In this document: piece by piece, positions 53,223 through 64,000 of the stretch | Position numbering within the stretch: position 1 is the stretch's first letter | Layout: the number at the start of each line of letters is the position of its first letter | From: Eledone cirrhosa | Taxonomy: Eukaryota | DNA length: 64,000 nt | Assembly (NCBI GenBank): GCA_964016885.1 | Contig: CAXHJY010001123.1 | Span: 1-64,000, forward strand | Reading direction: 5' to 3' | Program-made: the position numbers and the translations under genes | The notes under the pieces: model-generated | What the model was told of the DNA's origin: nothing | Seen by the model: only the letters and a program-made list of their open reading frames with translations | Databases searched by the model: none

Positions 53223-53777
53223 ATATATATATGAATGAGAAAAACTAGAAATATCAAATTTTTGCTAGCTACTTCCCGTGTTTGTAAAGTGGACGTGCGT
53301 AACAAAATGGAAGAGACAACTTACCAATTGTGACCAATCACAATCTATACTTCTGTACTTATCGCCACTCTCATTCCCTCTAATGACCCACTAACTCAGT
53401 GTATTGGTTTCGTGTTTGCTTTCCACTACCTCAACTTGTACACTGATGTATTGTACGTATGCATGTATTTTTGCATATTTGTTTAAACTTACATATAAAT
53501 TATCTAATATATTTGACCATAGATTCTTCGGTTGAAGAATGTATATCTTTGTACGTGCATAAATTTATTATATAAACACGTCCATCAGCCACTTAACTTC
53601 AGTTTCTCCAGAATTTAACAACATAGTACGAGATAATGGATTACGTAATAATTCAGGTTTCGTAGGCAACTAGATAACTATTGAAACACGTGTTAGAAAA
53701 TCTGTTGTATAAATTACTGTTTGATCGAACTTCAACAAATATTGCTTAGTTTTCCCGTTACACGCACACGCACACGC

Positions 53778-53905
<128 letters not shown>

Positions 53906-54001
53906 CCAGTGAGTGTGACGGCAAGTTCACACGGGTAAGGTGAGCAGTCGCTGCTTAGGTTCACGTCAGTGGAGAGGTGTAGAGCTAAACAGGGTGTAAT
54001 A

Positions 54002-54175
54002 TAATTGATTCTACTTTTGGCACAAGGCCAGCAATTAACCAGTGCATTACTGGTACTTTATTTTATCGACCCTGTAAGGATGAAAGGCAAAGTTAACCTC
54101 GGCTGGATTTGAACTCAGATCATAAAGGGCCGTAACTCTATGCTGCAGAGCATGGCGTCCGACTCTCTACCGATA
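54002..54175 (-). mobile_element. SINE copy
   Basis: Family consensus match, flanked by a duplicated ACAGGGTGTAATATAATT. Confidence 0.85.
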
Positions 54176-54539
54176 CAGGGTGTAATATAATTATACATAG
54201 ATTTGTTAAGCCTACATTACGTTTATTGATTGGTGACACGCGTTTCGCTATTGATCAACTGAAGGTTCATCTGTATCGATCTGGCCCGACTCTGGAATCA
54301 AAAGCTCGTCGGAACTCTGGTGTTGTAATGACAGAATGAACCATTATATAAGCTTCTTCTCGCCATTTTAGAACATTATCAAATGTTCTACGATTATGCA
54401 TAAAAGTTACTACGTTAAGCTAAATATAGGCATAATTCTTCTCTATTCTGTCCGCCGTGGCTGTGGGGAGGCCACCAGTATGATTAACTGGACTTGTCAT
54501 TTTATCAGTCAGATGTTCCAATGATTCTCTATATATTCG

Positions 54540-54846
<307 letters not shown>

Positions 54847-55086
54847 TATATATATATACATGCATGATTAAATTGTGCCTTGAAATCAATTAGTTTTAAC
54901 CCAATATACATATACATTAATCCCGTTAGCTTAAATGAACCTTAAAAATCAGGAGTTCCCAACCCCCCAGTGTGAACCTGTCTACAGAGACTTAGCTTGA
55001 ATTCTTGTGGTAACCTCATACCGCAGGGTTCTGCAAAACACAACATAACCCTCTCTGTTCAGGGTACGTGAGACCGCCTGTGAGAC

Positions 55087-55760
55087 GTGGGACGGCTGGG
55101 ACTTAGCCCAGTAGACGTCCCTCCTCCTTCTCCCCTTGCTGACGTCAAGTCCCTCCAAAGCATTTGGGATGCCATTCAGTGCAGCCTGGCTTCAGACAGG
55201 CTCACACGCCAGCTCGACCAGCACCACCTTGCCTGTTTTCGCACGGCCTCCAAATCCCACAGTGGTGCCTGCCTTCATGCCTTGCCCTCCTTCTCCACTG
55301 GCACATAGCTAGACAACAATAGCCTGCCCATCGGCGTTTCCTTGAGGCTCGGACTCCAGATCTGCGCGCCACACCAATGTCGCTGTGGATCCACCGTGGA
55401 CTCTTTCAGCCTCCACCCGCTTTCCTGTCTCCACAGTGCCGGCCGCCTTCCACGCCATGCTGCCCTCAAAGAGGTCATAAAACAAGCATGGCTTTGACGC
55501 TGTAGGCTTCCCTTCCCAGCTCGAGCCGGTGGGGCTGGACCGAGAGGACGGCAAAAGGCCAGATGGCATGACCATCTTCCCGTTCCGCGGTGGCAAACCC
55601 CTCGTCTGGGATGCCACTAGCACCGACACTTTCTCCAGCCGCAACCTGGTGCAGTCTGCGACTAACCCAGATTCTGCTACCCGTCGATCTGAGGGGGCCA
55701 AACTCTTCAAATACCAGTCGCTCTCCGAGGTTGTACCCTTGCAGGCGGAGACTGGACGAA
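55087..55760 (+). pseudogene. C-terminus of a restriction-like-endonuclease non-LTR retrotransposon (CRE/NeSL-type)
   Basis: GC-rich island encoding [29 protein letters not shown]...RH (zinc knuckle) and GKRPDGMTIFPFRGGKPLVWDAT (PD..D REL motif), with a stop and a frameshift. Confidence 0.8.
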
Positions 55761-56279
55761 TTAAATACAAAAGAACTTCAGTCCAAAAATGTCAGTCCAA
55801 ACAAGCTATTTCAAATTATATACTTTAAAAAAAAAAAAAAGATTTGATCTCAGTTGAAAAAACTTTTCTTTTTTAAAATTCTATATTTCACTGTTAGCTG
55901 TTGTAATATTTTGAGTGGATAGACAATTCTACATTTCAAACTGTTAAGTCAAAATACAAAAGATGCAAAATATGAAGAATTTCTTTCCTCTCTTTGAAAT
56001 CAGAAAACTCAGGGGAAAAATAATACCTTGCAAAATAAAATACCTCGTAGCAAAATAAAATACTTAGTAGCAACGAATGAATTGAGAAGCTTGGTGACAG
56101 TGAGAAAGCCGTTATATATATATATACATAGATATATACACACAGATAAACGCGGACGCACACACATACACACAAACTTGTGTGTGTGTGTCTTGGTTTT
56201 GGAACAGAAAGGATTTTGCATCCAGTTTTTATTGCCAGGTCTAAGGCCACTGTTCTTTTCAACAACGCCAAATAACAAC

Positions 56280-56445
<166 letters not shown>

Positions 56446-56505
56446 AATCGAAAATCCAACTGGAGTCTTATTTAAAAAAAAAAATATATATATATTTATT
56501 TGGTT

Positions 56506-56543
56506 CCTTTACCGGTTTCGCAGTTCTTCTGCTTTTCAAAAGG
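56506..56543 (-). ncRNA. Minimal hammerhead, U3-A8 variant (intact)
   Basis: Same sequence as 22337-22374. Confidence 0.78.
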
Positions 56544-56618
56544 TGAGTTGAGATGGAGGGTCGGTGGTTTTTCTCACATCTGATGTGAGAAAAACCACAG
56601 ACCCTCCATCTCAACTCA

Positions 56619-56656
56619 CCTTTTGAAAAGCAGAAGAACTGCGAAACCGGTAAAGG
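56619..56656 (+). ncRNA. Minimal hammerhead, U3-A8 variant (intact)
   Basis: CCUU UUGAAAA GCAG AAGAA CUGC GAAA CCG GUA AAGG. Confidence 0.78.
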
Positions 56657-56931
56657 AACCAAATAAATATATATATTTAAAAAAAAAAAATAAGACTCAA
56701 GTTGCATTTTCGATTTCATCTCTTTTTCTTTATACTTTCACTCGTGTAGGACACCTCGGTTATTTTTCATTTTGTAAAAAAGACCTCACTTTCTAATATA
56801 TATATATATATATATATAAATAACTGTTTCTATTTTAGGCACAAGGCCAGCAATTACCCAGTGCATTACTGGTACTTTATATATATAAATAACAACGCCA
56901 TATATATATATATATATGGTGTGTTGTTATT

Positions 56932-57028
<97 letters not shown>

Positions 57029-57029
57029 T

Positions 57030-57083
<54 letters not shown>

Positions 57084-57168
57084 AAAAAATAAATAAATAC
57101 ATACATAAATACATACATAAATAGATAAAAGAATGAATGAGTAAAAGAAATATATAAAAAAGAAAATA

Positions 57169-57418
57169 GCTCGCCAAGTCATGACTTGGCAAGCTATTTA
57201 GAACACTGGTTTAACCGCTTTACTTCCCTTCGAAGAAGAGATATTATCTCGAAAATTAAGGACATTTAAATAAATCTAAGGTAAAAGACTAATTGTCAAC
57301 AATATCTTTTGCATTTGCATTTTTAGTCTATGTCCAAACCAGCATTGTTTGGCTTTACAAATTCAAACCGTTTATACCTCATTACACAATGCTTCAAGTG
57401 AACTATAACTTTCTCCTA
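57169..57418 (+). mobile_element. Solo pLTR of the 29405-29842 family with a tiny 5' fold-back
   Basis: GCCAAGTC-AT-GACTTGGC hairpin, then sequence similar to 29620-29842. Confidence 0.75.
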
Positions 57419-57490
57419 TATATATATATATTTATATTATTCAAAATATTAACAAATGAAAGATATTCACATAATCAAAATATATGCTTA

Positions 57491-57547
57491 ATTATATATA
57501 TTTCAAAGGTACTGTATTGTTTTTTTCAGTACGTCTTCATCAGATAA
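57491..57547 (-). ncRNA. Putative hammerhead similar to 40820-40873
   Basis: UUAU CUGAUGA AGA CGUACUG..CAGUAC CUUU GAAA UAUAU AUAA. Confidence 0.5.
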
Positions 57548-58726
57548 AAGATATGATTTGATATATGACATACCGCTACGGTCTTGATTATACAATTCCA
57601 GTATTGGCAGTGATTTATTTCATCAAATCTCAATGTTTATATACCACAAAGTATGATAAACTTAAGTATGATAAACTTAAAGAAGAAAAGGACGTAGAGC
57701 AAATTCGAGATATGAGAGAGGGTGTATATAAGAGGAAAGGCAAGAAAAATAAGTAAATACATACATAAATACATACATAAATAGATAAAAGAATGAATGA
57801 GTAAAAGAAATATATAAAAAAGAAAAGAGGAATAACGACAAAAGATGGAAAGTGTAAGGAAAGTAAAGGGAACAGAGGGGGGGGGGGGGAAAGGAAAATA
57901 AAGAAAAATAAAAGAATCATCAAATAGAGAGGGATAGAGAAAATAACCGTTGTTTTCAAATGCTAGATCAAATAGGACATCCAATATATTCTACTAAACA
58001 ATTGAATATCTTAGTATTTGATTATGCATTAGCTAATTATACTTATATATTATATCAAAAGTAATCAGTATAGATTATTTTCTATAGCAATCTATATAAT
58101 TTAATATAACACATTATAGATTATTATTTTTAATTTTAAGGTAAGATATTCTATAAATATTTTGTTACAACTTTAAAAGAATTAATTTTTAAAGCGTATT
58201 TAACCAATTATTACATATGCATTAAAATATAATACCATACATAAATCAGCATATAATATATTTAGAAAATATATTACTCAAATTATTTAATTATGATATT
58301 CTCTTTATAAAATCTTCACTATTTTTTAATTTTCATTTAATTTCTAGGATTAAACTGCAGTTACATTTACTCGCAAAAGTTTAATTTCATTAATTTAATG
58401 AAAGGTTATATTTACTTCTGTATTTACTAATTTTGATATTTAGTTTAATTTTAATGATAGTCTGTATTATTAGTCTACATATTTCAAAACTAATATAATT
58501 CAGCAAGCTAGTCAAAAAGAAAGGAAATTTTTACGGACAATGTAAACAAAAGGAAGATGACTCATTCACCATATACAAACATTTATAACATATCCCTACT
58601 CACACATTCCGCGATATTTCGAAAACCATAAATCACTTAAATATAAATCCATGTATATATACAAATTTATAAATGCATAGTTATATACATACGTAAATGT
58701 ATGTATGTATATATGTATGTATGTAG

Positions 58727-58781
<55 letters not shown>

Positions 58782-58959
58782 ATAATAATACATTTGAAGA
58801 CTAAAATCCAAAGAGGGCTCGATAAGGATAAATATATATCAAATATATAAGAACCGCAGAGCAATATATATATATATATATATATATAAATCTACATACA
58901 TACATGATGGCTGCCCCCTCGTTATCGAGTATGGCCATTGCACGAGAAAAAAAAAATAT

Positions 58960-58991
<32 letters not shown>

Positions 58992-59152
58992 GTATACATA
59001 TACATACACATACATATATATTAATAGCAATAATAATAATAATAATAACAACAATAATAATAACGACAACAACAACAATAATAATATACATATATATATA
59101 TATACACAGACACGCACACACATAAACATATCTATACACACACACACACACA

Positions 59153-62138
59153 CGATAGCAACTAACAGCGCTGCGATTGAATGTGGCTTTTTAGCCCAGC
59201 CAATGATCTAAAACGTCTTGCACAGAGTCGGCAACCAAAACATTCACTGGAAATAGCCAGCTGTGGTTGGAGTTCGTGTACTTTTGCATGTCGTTTGAGC
59301 CCTCCTGCTGATTTACATTCTCTACCACATGTTTGGCAAGCATGATGAGTAGCATCTCCAACAGCAGCCTGGTAGTCAACCACTGGTCTTACTTTATGAC
59401 TGCGAAGATGACTTTCGAGTCCAGCTTTGCTTAGGCAGAGTCTCGCACAGACGCTGCATGTCAGCACCATAGGAGGACCCTCGCCGTCTGGAAGTGCAAC
59501 AGCAATGCCCTTCCTCACATCTCGCTTTACTTTCTCGTATGCGATTCGAGATGCCTCAAAGGCAACTTTTCCCTCATATACAGTCTTTCTCCATTTATTA
59601 CGATCAGCAACAATATTTTCCCATGTATCAGCAGAGATGTTAGCGTCTTTCAAAGAGGCTTTCAAGGAATCCTTATATCTCTTTTTTGGTTTATGTGGCG
59701 GTCGTTTTCCTTTAACTAACTCTCCATAAAAGAGTTGTTTTGGTATTCTAGAATCCTTCATCCTGGCAAGGTGACCACTCCAACGGAGTCGTTGCTTAAG
59801 CACAAGAGCTTCTATACTGTCACACATAGAGCTTTCCAAAATCTAGACATCACTGATGTGGTCTCTCCAGTGAACGCCATGGATCCGTCTGAGACACATC
59901 TGTTGGAAACGCTCCAATTGCTTAAGGTGGTGTCGATATGTGACCCAGGTCTCGCAGGCATAAAGAAGACAAGAGAGCACACATGCCTTGTACACCTTTA
60001 CCTTTGTCTTCTTGCATATGTCTCGCCGACCCCAGAGTTACCTTTCTAACTTTCCGAAAGCATCACTTGCTTTCCTAATCCTAAGTGAGATTTCACTATC
60101 AAGGTTGACAGTGCTTCCCAGGTAGACACACTGATCAACCACTCCAAGTCGTTTACCATACACATAGATATTTGGTTCACTGTACTGCTTGCCAGGGGCA
60201 GGTTGGTACATGACGACGGTTTTCTTGAGACTGACAGTCAATCCTAGGGCAGTGCAAGCGTCAGAAAATGCATTCAAAATGTGCTGCATATCACTCTCTT
60301 TGTGCGCTACACGATCGCAATCATCTGCATACAAGAGGTCTCTTATGATTGTAATTATGTAAATACTTTTGTCTTTGCAGCAAAGCGCCTGATGTTAAAT
60401 ATGCTGCCTGAGGTTCGATATCGGATTTAAACACCATGCTCGCAATTGCTGAATGCAATACAGAAAACCATTGCAAAGTATATGGCAAACAGGGTCGGTG
60501 CTGGAATATCCCCCTGTTTCACTCCATATTTTACTGAGATAGGCTCCGACATGTTACCTCCGACATTAACCCAAGCCTTTATGTCGTCATGGAAAGACCT
60601 AACTAAAGCAAGGAACTTATCAGGGCAACCAAGTTTCTGGAGAACCTTCCATAATGCATTTCTGTTAACAGTATCGAAAGCTTTTGTCAGATCGACAAAA
60701 ACCTGATACAGATCCAAACCTTGTTCCATGCACTTCTCCTGGAGCTGTCTAGCTGAGAAGATCATATCAGTAGTGCCGCGTCCAGCACGAAAACCAGATT
60801 GACTTTCAGGAAGAACACAATCTGCAATGTGTGTCAGCAGACGGTCCAGAAGCACCCTACATAAAACTTTCCCTTCGGCAGAAAGCAATGATATATCTCT
60901 GTAGTTCCCACAATCATTCCTGTTACCCTTTCCCTTGTACAAAACCACCATTACTGCATCTCTCCAGTCCTCAGGTACGGATGCATTAGCCCATATCCTG
61001 CCAAACAAAGAGTGAAGATGTTGCAGGAGTCTCTCACCACCATATTGTAGGAGCTCAGCATGTATGCCATCCATACCTGGAGACATTCCACTGTTCAGCT
61101 TCGAGATAGCCACTGCAACCTCCACAAGTGTCGGAGGTTCTGCGAGAGGTACTTTCACAGGACTTTCTGGAATGAGATTGAGGAAATCTTCATTGATGAC
61201 AGACGGCTGATTCAAAAGATCATCAAAGTGCTATCGCCCCCTTCGTAGAATTCCTTGTGAGTCACGAAGAAGTTCTCTGCCATCCTTGCTGCGAAGCGGT
61301 GTCACCAGAGAAGAAAACGGTCCATAAACTTCCCGCAAGAGACTGTACAACAGCTTTGTGTTATTGGAATCTGACGCAGTTTGTATCTCCTCAGCCTTCT
61401 CACTCCACCACTGATCCTTCATCTGAGAAAGACTCCGCCTAACACGTGATTTTACATCCTTGAGTTCCTCATGCAACGTATTCCTCTCCTGTGGTTTTGC
61501 CGTCAAGTAGCGTGACAGAGCACGCCTCTTATCAGCCAGCAAGTCTTCTATATGTACATCATTCTCATTAAACCAGTCCTGATGTTTTCTCTGCACCAAT
61601 CCCAGAACACGCCTGCCTACATCATAAACCGACTTTTTAAGAGTCGGCCAATCCTCACCAAGATCTGCAGCCTGCATCTCTTCTCGCAATGTCCTCTTCA
61701 CATTTTTATCCTTAAGACGAGCAGCATTCAATCTTTTGGGCAGGGGAACACCAGGAGCCCGGATTTTACGTTTAGTGATTAGTTTCCCTTTTGCGCGTAC
61801 CAGGCGAAGAGCACGAACACACTGCACATCCTGTCTGTCACGCATCCTGACTAGGACGTAGTCCAAAAGATGCCATTCCTAAGATGCAGGATGCATCCAT
61901 GTGGTCTTAAATTTGTTCTTTTGTTGGAACATGGTGTTGGTAACACACAGATCCAGCTCCTCACACATCTGCAGCAGGAGCATACCATTGTTGTTACACT
62001 TCCCCACCCCATCCCTTCCGATTACATTCCATGTGTCAAAATCCCTACCCACTCTAGCATTAAAGTCACCAAACACGATGACTTTGTCTGCCTGAGGGAT
62101 ATTTCTTAAAACACCTTTCAAGGCATGGTAAAAGGACA
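59153..62138 (-). mobile_element. 5'-truncated RTE-clade LINE (APE-RT-zinc fingers), frameshifted
   Basis: GDFNARVG, TWMHPAS and DYVLVR (APE); SPGMDGIHAE, QSGFRAGR, FVDLTKAFDTV, GVKQGD and YADD (RT); LRWSGHLARM; C-terminal C2H2 motifs. Split over at least six reading-frame pieces. Confidence 0.93.
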
Positions 62139-63236
62139 CATACATACATACATATATACATACATTTACGTATGTATATAGCTATGCATTTATACATTTG
62201 TATATATACGTGCATTTATATTTAAGTGTGTAAGGATGTTGACATGATTATTTATGTTTTTTTTTATCTTGGTACGGAGAAAATTCTGTCTCCAGATTTT
62301 ATTACCTAGGGAGATTAAATACCACAGCTTGGGCTGAAAGCTGACCAGATTCTCAACCTCATCAAACACTAACGCAGGCCTGTGTGTGTATATGTGTGTG
62401 TGTGTAATGTATGTATGTATGTATGTACGTATGCATGCGTGTGTATGTTCGTATGTATGTATACACCCGCACCTTTCATCACCATTGTTTCTTTTTGTTG
62501 TCATTTCTGTTGAAGTTGTTCTTGTAACTGTTGTAAAAGTTGACATCCTTATGTTCATTTTCTTTGATTTCTTTTGTTTTTCTTTTATCTCCCTAGGGAA
62601 TTCGTTGACAAGCTTCTTTTATTTATTTTCTTCGCTTTCTTCATTCAAATGCATTCACACTGGTTGTCTAAGAGACGGACAAATATGACTTATAAAAATT
62701 ACCAAACTAAAGGGGCTTCGAGCCCCCCCCCCCGGCGGGGGGGGGGGGGGCAGGCATGTGCCCCAGTTGAGAACCTTTGTTCTAGTACAATCTCATGCAA
62801 AAATACATTAGATAATGTCATTCTGCTTCACATTTTCTTTCTATCCCCTTCCTTCTCTTATACCGTATGGAAACAAATTGCTTTCTGTCATGTGATCTGG
62901 TTTTTGATTTTTGCTTTTACAATCTAAGAGTCGTTTCCAGCACGAGATCGCTGTCGTTATTCCTAATGTTCTAGGAATTAACTGAAGAAATAACGCTAAA
63001 GATAATAAATTTAATTAGATATACTGCTGACATTGATTCATTGTTCAATAAAACTGTCATCTGTCGTTTGAATTCCACATCAGTAACTGAAACACTGGAT
63101 ACTCTCAGTAAAAGAGGTTGGATAATGATGTACTTTAGAGGGGGGTCTTTGCACCGTACAGGAAAAACAAATAACCAAACAAATAATGGTGTTTTAGTAG
63201 AAGTCAGGAAGGAAGAAACGAATAAAAGAAGAAATA

Positions 63237-63426
63237 ATAATTGTTTCTACTTTTGGCAAAAGGCCAGCAATTATCTCAGGGTATTACTGGTACTTTATTT
63301 TATCGACCCCATAAGGATAAAAGGCAAAGTTAACCTCGGCAGGATTTGAACTCAGATCATAAAGGGCCGTAACTCTTTGCTGCAAAGCATGGCGTCAGAC
63401 CCTCTACCGATACTGCCAATCCACCG
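63237..63426 (-). mobile_element. SINE copy
   Basis: Family consensus match. Confidence 0.86.
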
Positions 63427-63587
63427 CATTAAAGAATAAATAATAATAAAAACAAGATAGAAAGAAGGAAGGAGGGATGAATAAGGGAAATATGAAAATA
63501 AAGTGTGAAAGGAAGAAACGAAATAGCTAGTTCGGATCTAGCTGTCGAAACGGCCGGAGCTCAGCTACCAGGGTCCTGACTCTTTTC

Positions 63588-63664
<77 letters not shown>

Positions 63665-63706
63665 TATGTACACGTACATACATATATGTATGCAGACGTA
63701 CAGTAG

Positions 63707-63742
<36 letters not shown>

Positions 63743-63947
63743 TATGTACACGTACATACATATATGTATGCAGACGTACAGTAGTATGTATATATATATA
63801 TATACATACATGCAAACATATATATATGTACGTATGGATTCACCTAACATTTATTATAATGCTCGGTGTGTTTGTAAACAAACATCCTGTATTAAGCCGT
63901 AGTGTCCAGCAACCATCGTTGCTCATTTGTTCAACACTGACAAAGGA

Positions 63948-63990
63948 ACGCTGTACTAGTTTAAAGCTTATTAGCTATCGTCAGCAACGT
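63948..63990 (-). ncRNA. Hammerhead of the 9328-9370 family (GAAA mutated to UAAA)
   Basis: ACGUUG CUGACGA UAGCU AAUA AGCUU UAAA CUAG UA CAGCGU. Confidence 0.62.
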
Positions 63991-64000
63991 ATACCTTCCT

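Noticed and set aside
58000-58650. Possible decayed GIY-YIG or mitochondrial-like AT-rich segment
   Set aside because: Only a KCNC-like trace on the minus strand; too degenerate to call.

Overview
AT-rich, microsatellite-saturated metazoan nuclear DNA, intergenic or intronic, with no host exon that I can support. The SINE and microsatellite composition suggests a cephalopod such as octopus; this is inference. The window is mostly transposable elements. It holds two divergent GIY-YIG Penelope-like retroelements (PLEs; Neptune-like CxxxxCxxC linker) at 22.3-29.1 kb and 32.9-38.6 kb, a third PLE endonuclease fragment, and about ten short fold-back solo pseudo-LTR (pLTR) insertions in (TA)n tracts. 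It also holds about 20 minimal hammerhead ribozyme motifs, more than 20 copies of a tRNA-derived SINE, three Helitrons, MITEs, RTE-type LINEs and a REL-endonuclease non-LTR fragment. Main observation: both large PLEs are two-ORF elements. In each, a coiled-coil/Arg-rich ORF1 overlaps the RT-GIY-YIG ORF in the -1 frame through the same in-phase slippery heptamer (CAU UUU UUA, His-Phe-Leu). This points to a conserved gag-pol-like programmed -1 ribosomal frameshift in endonuclease-bearing, ribozyme-carrying PLEs. Coordinates were read by eye and element ends are approximate.
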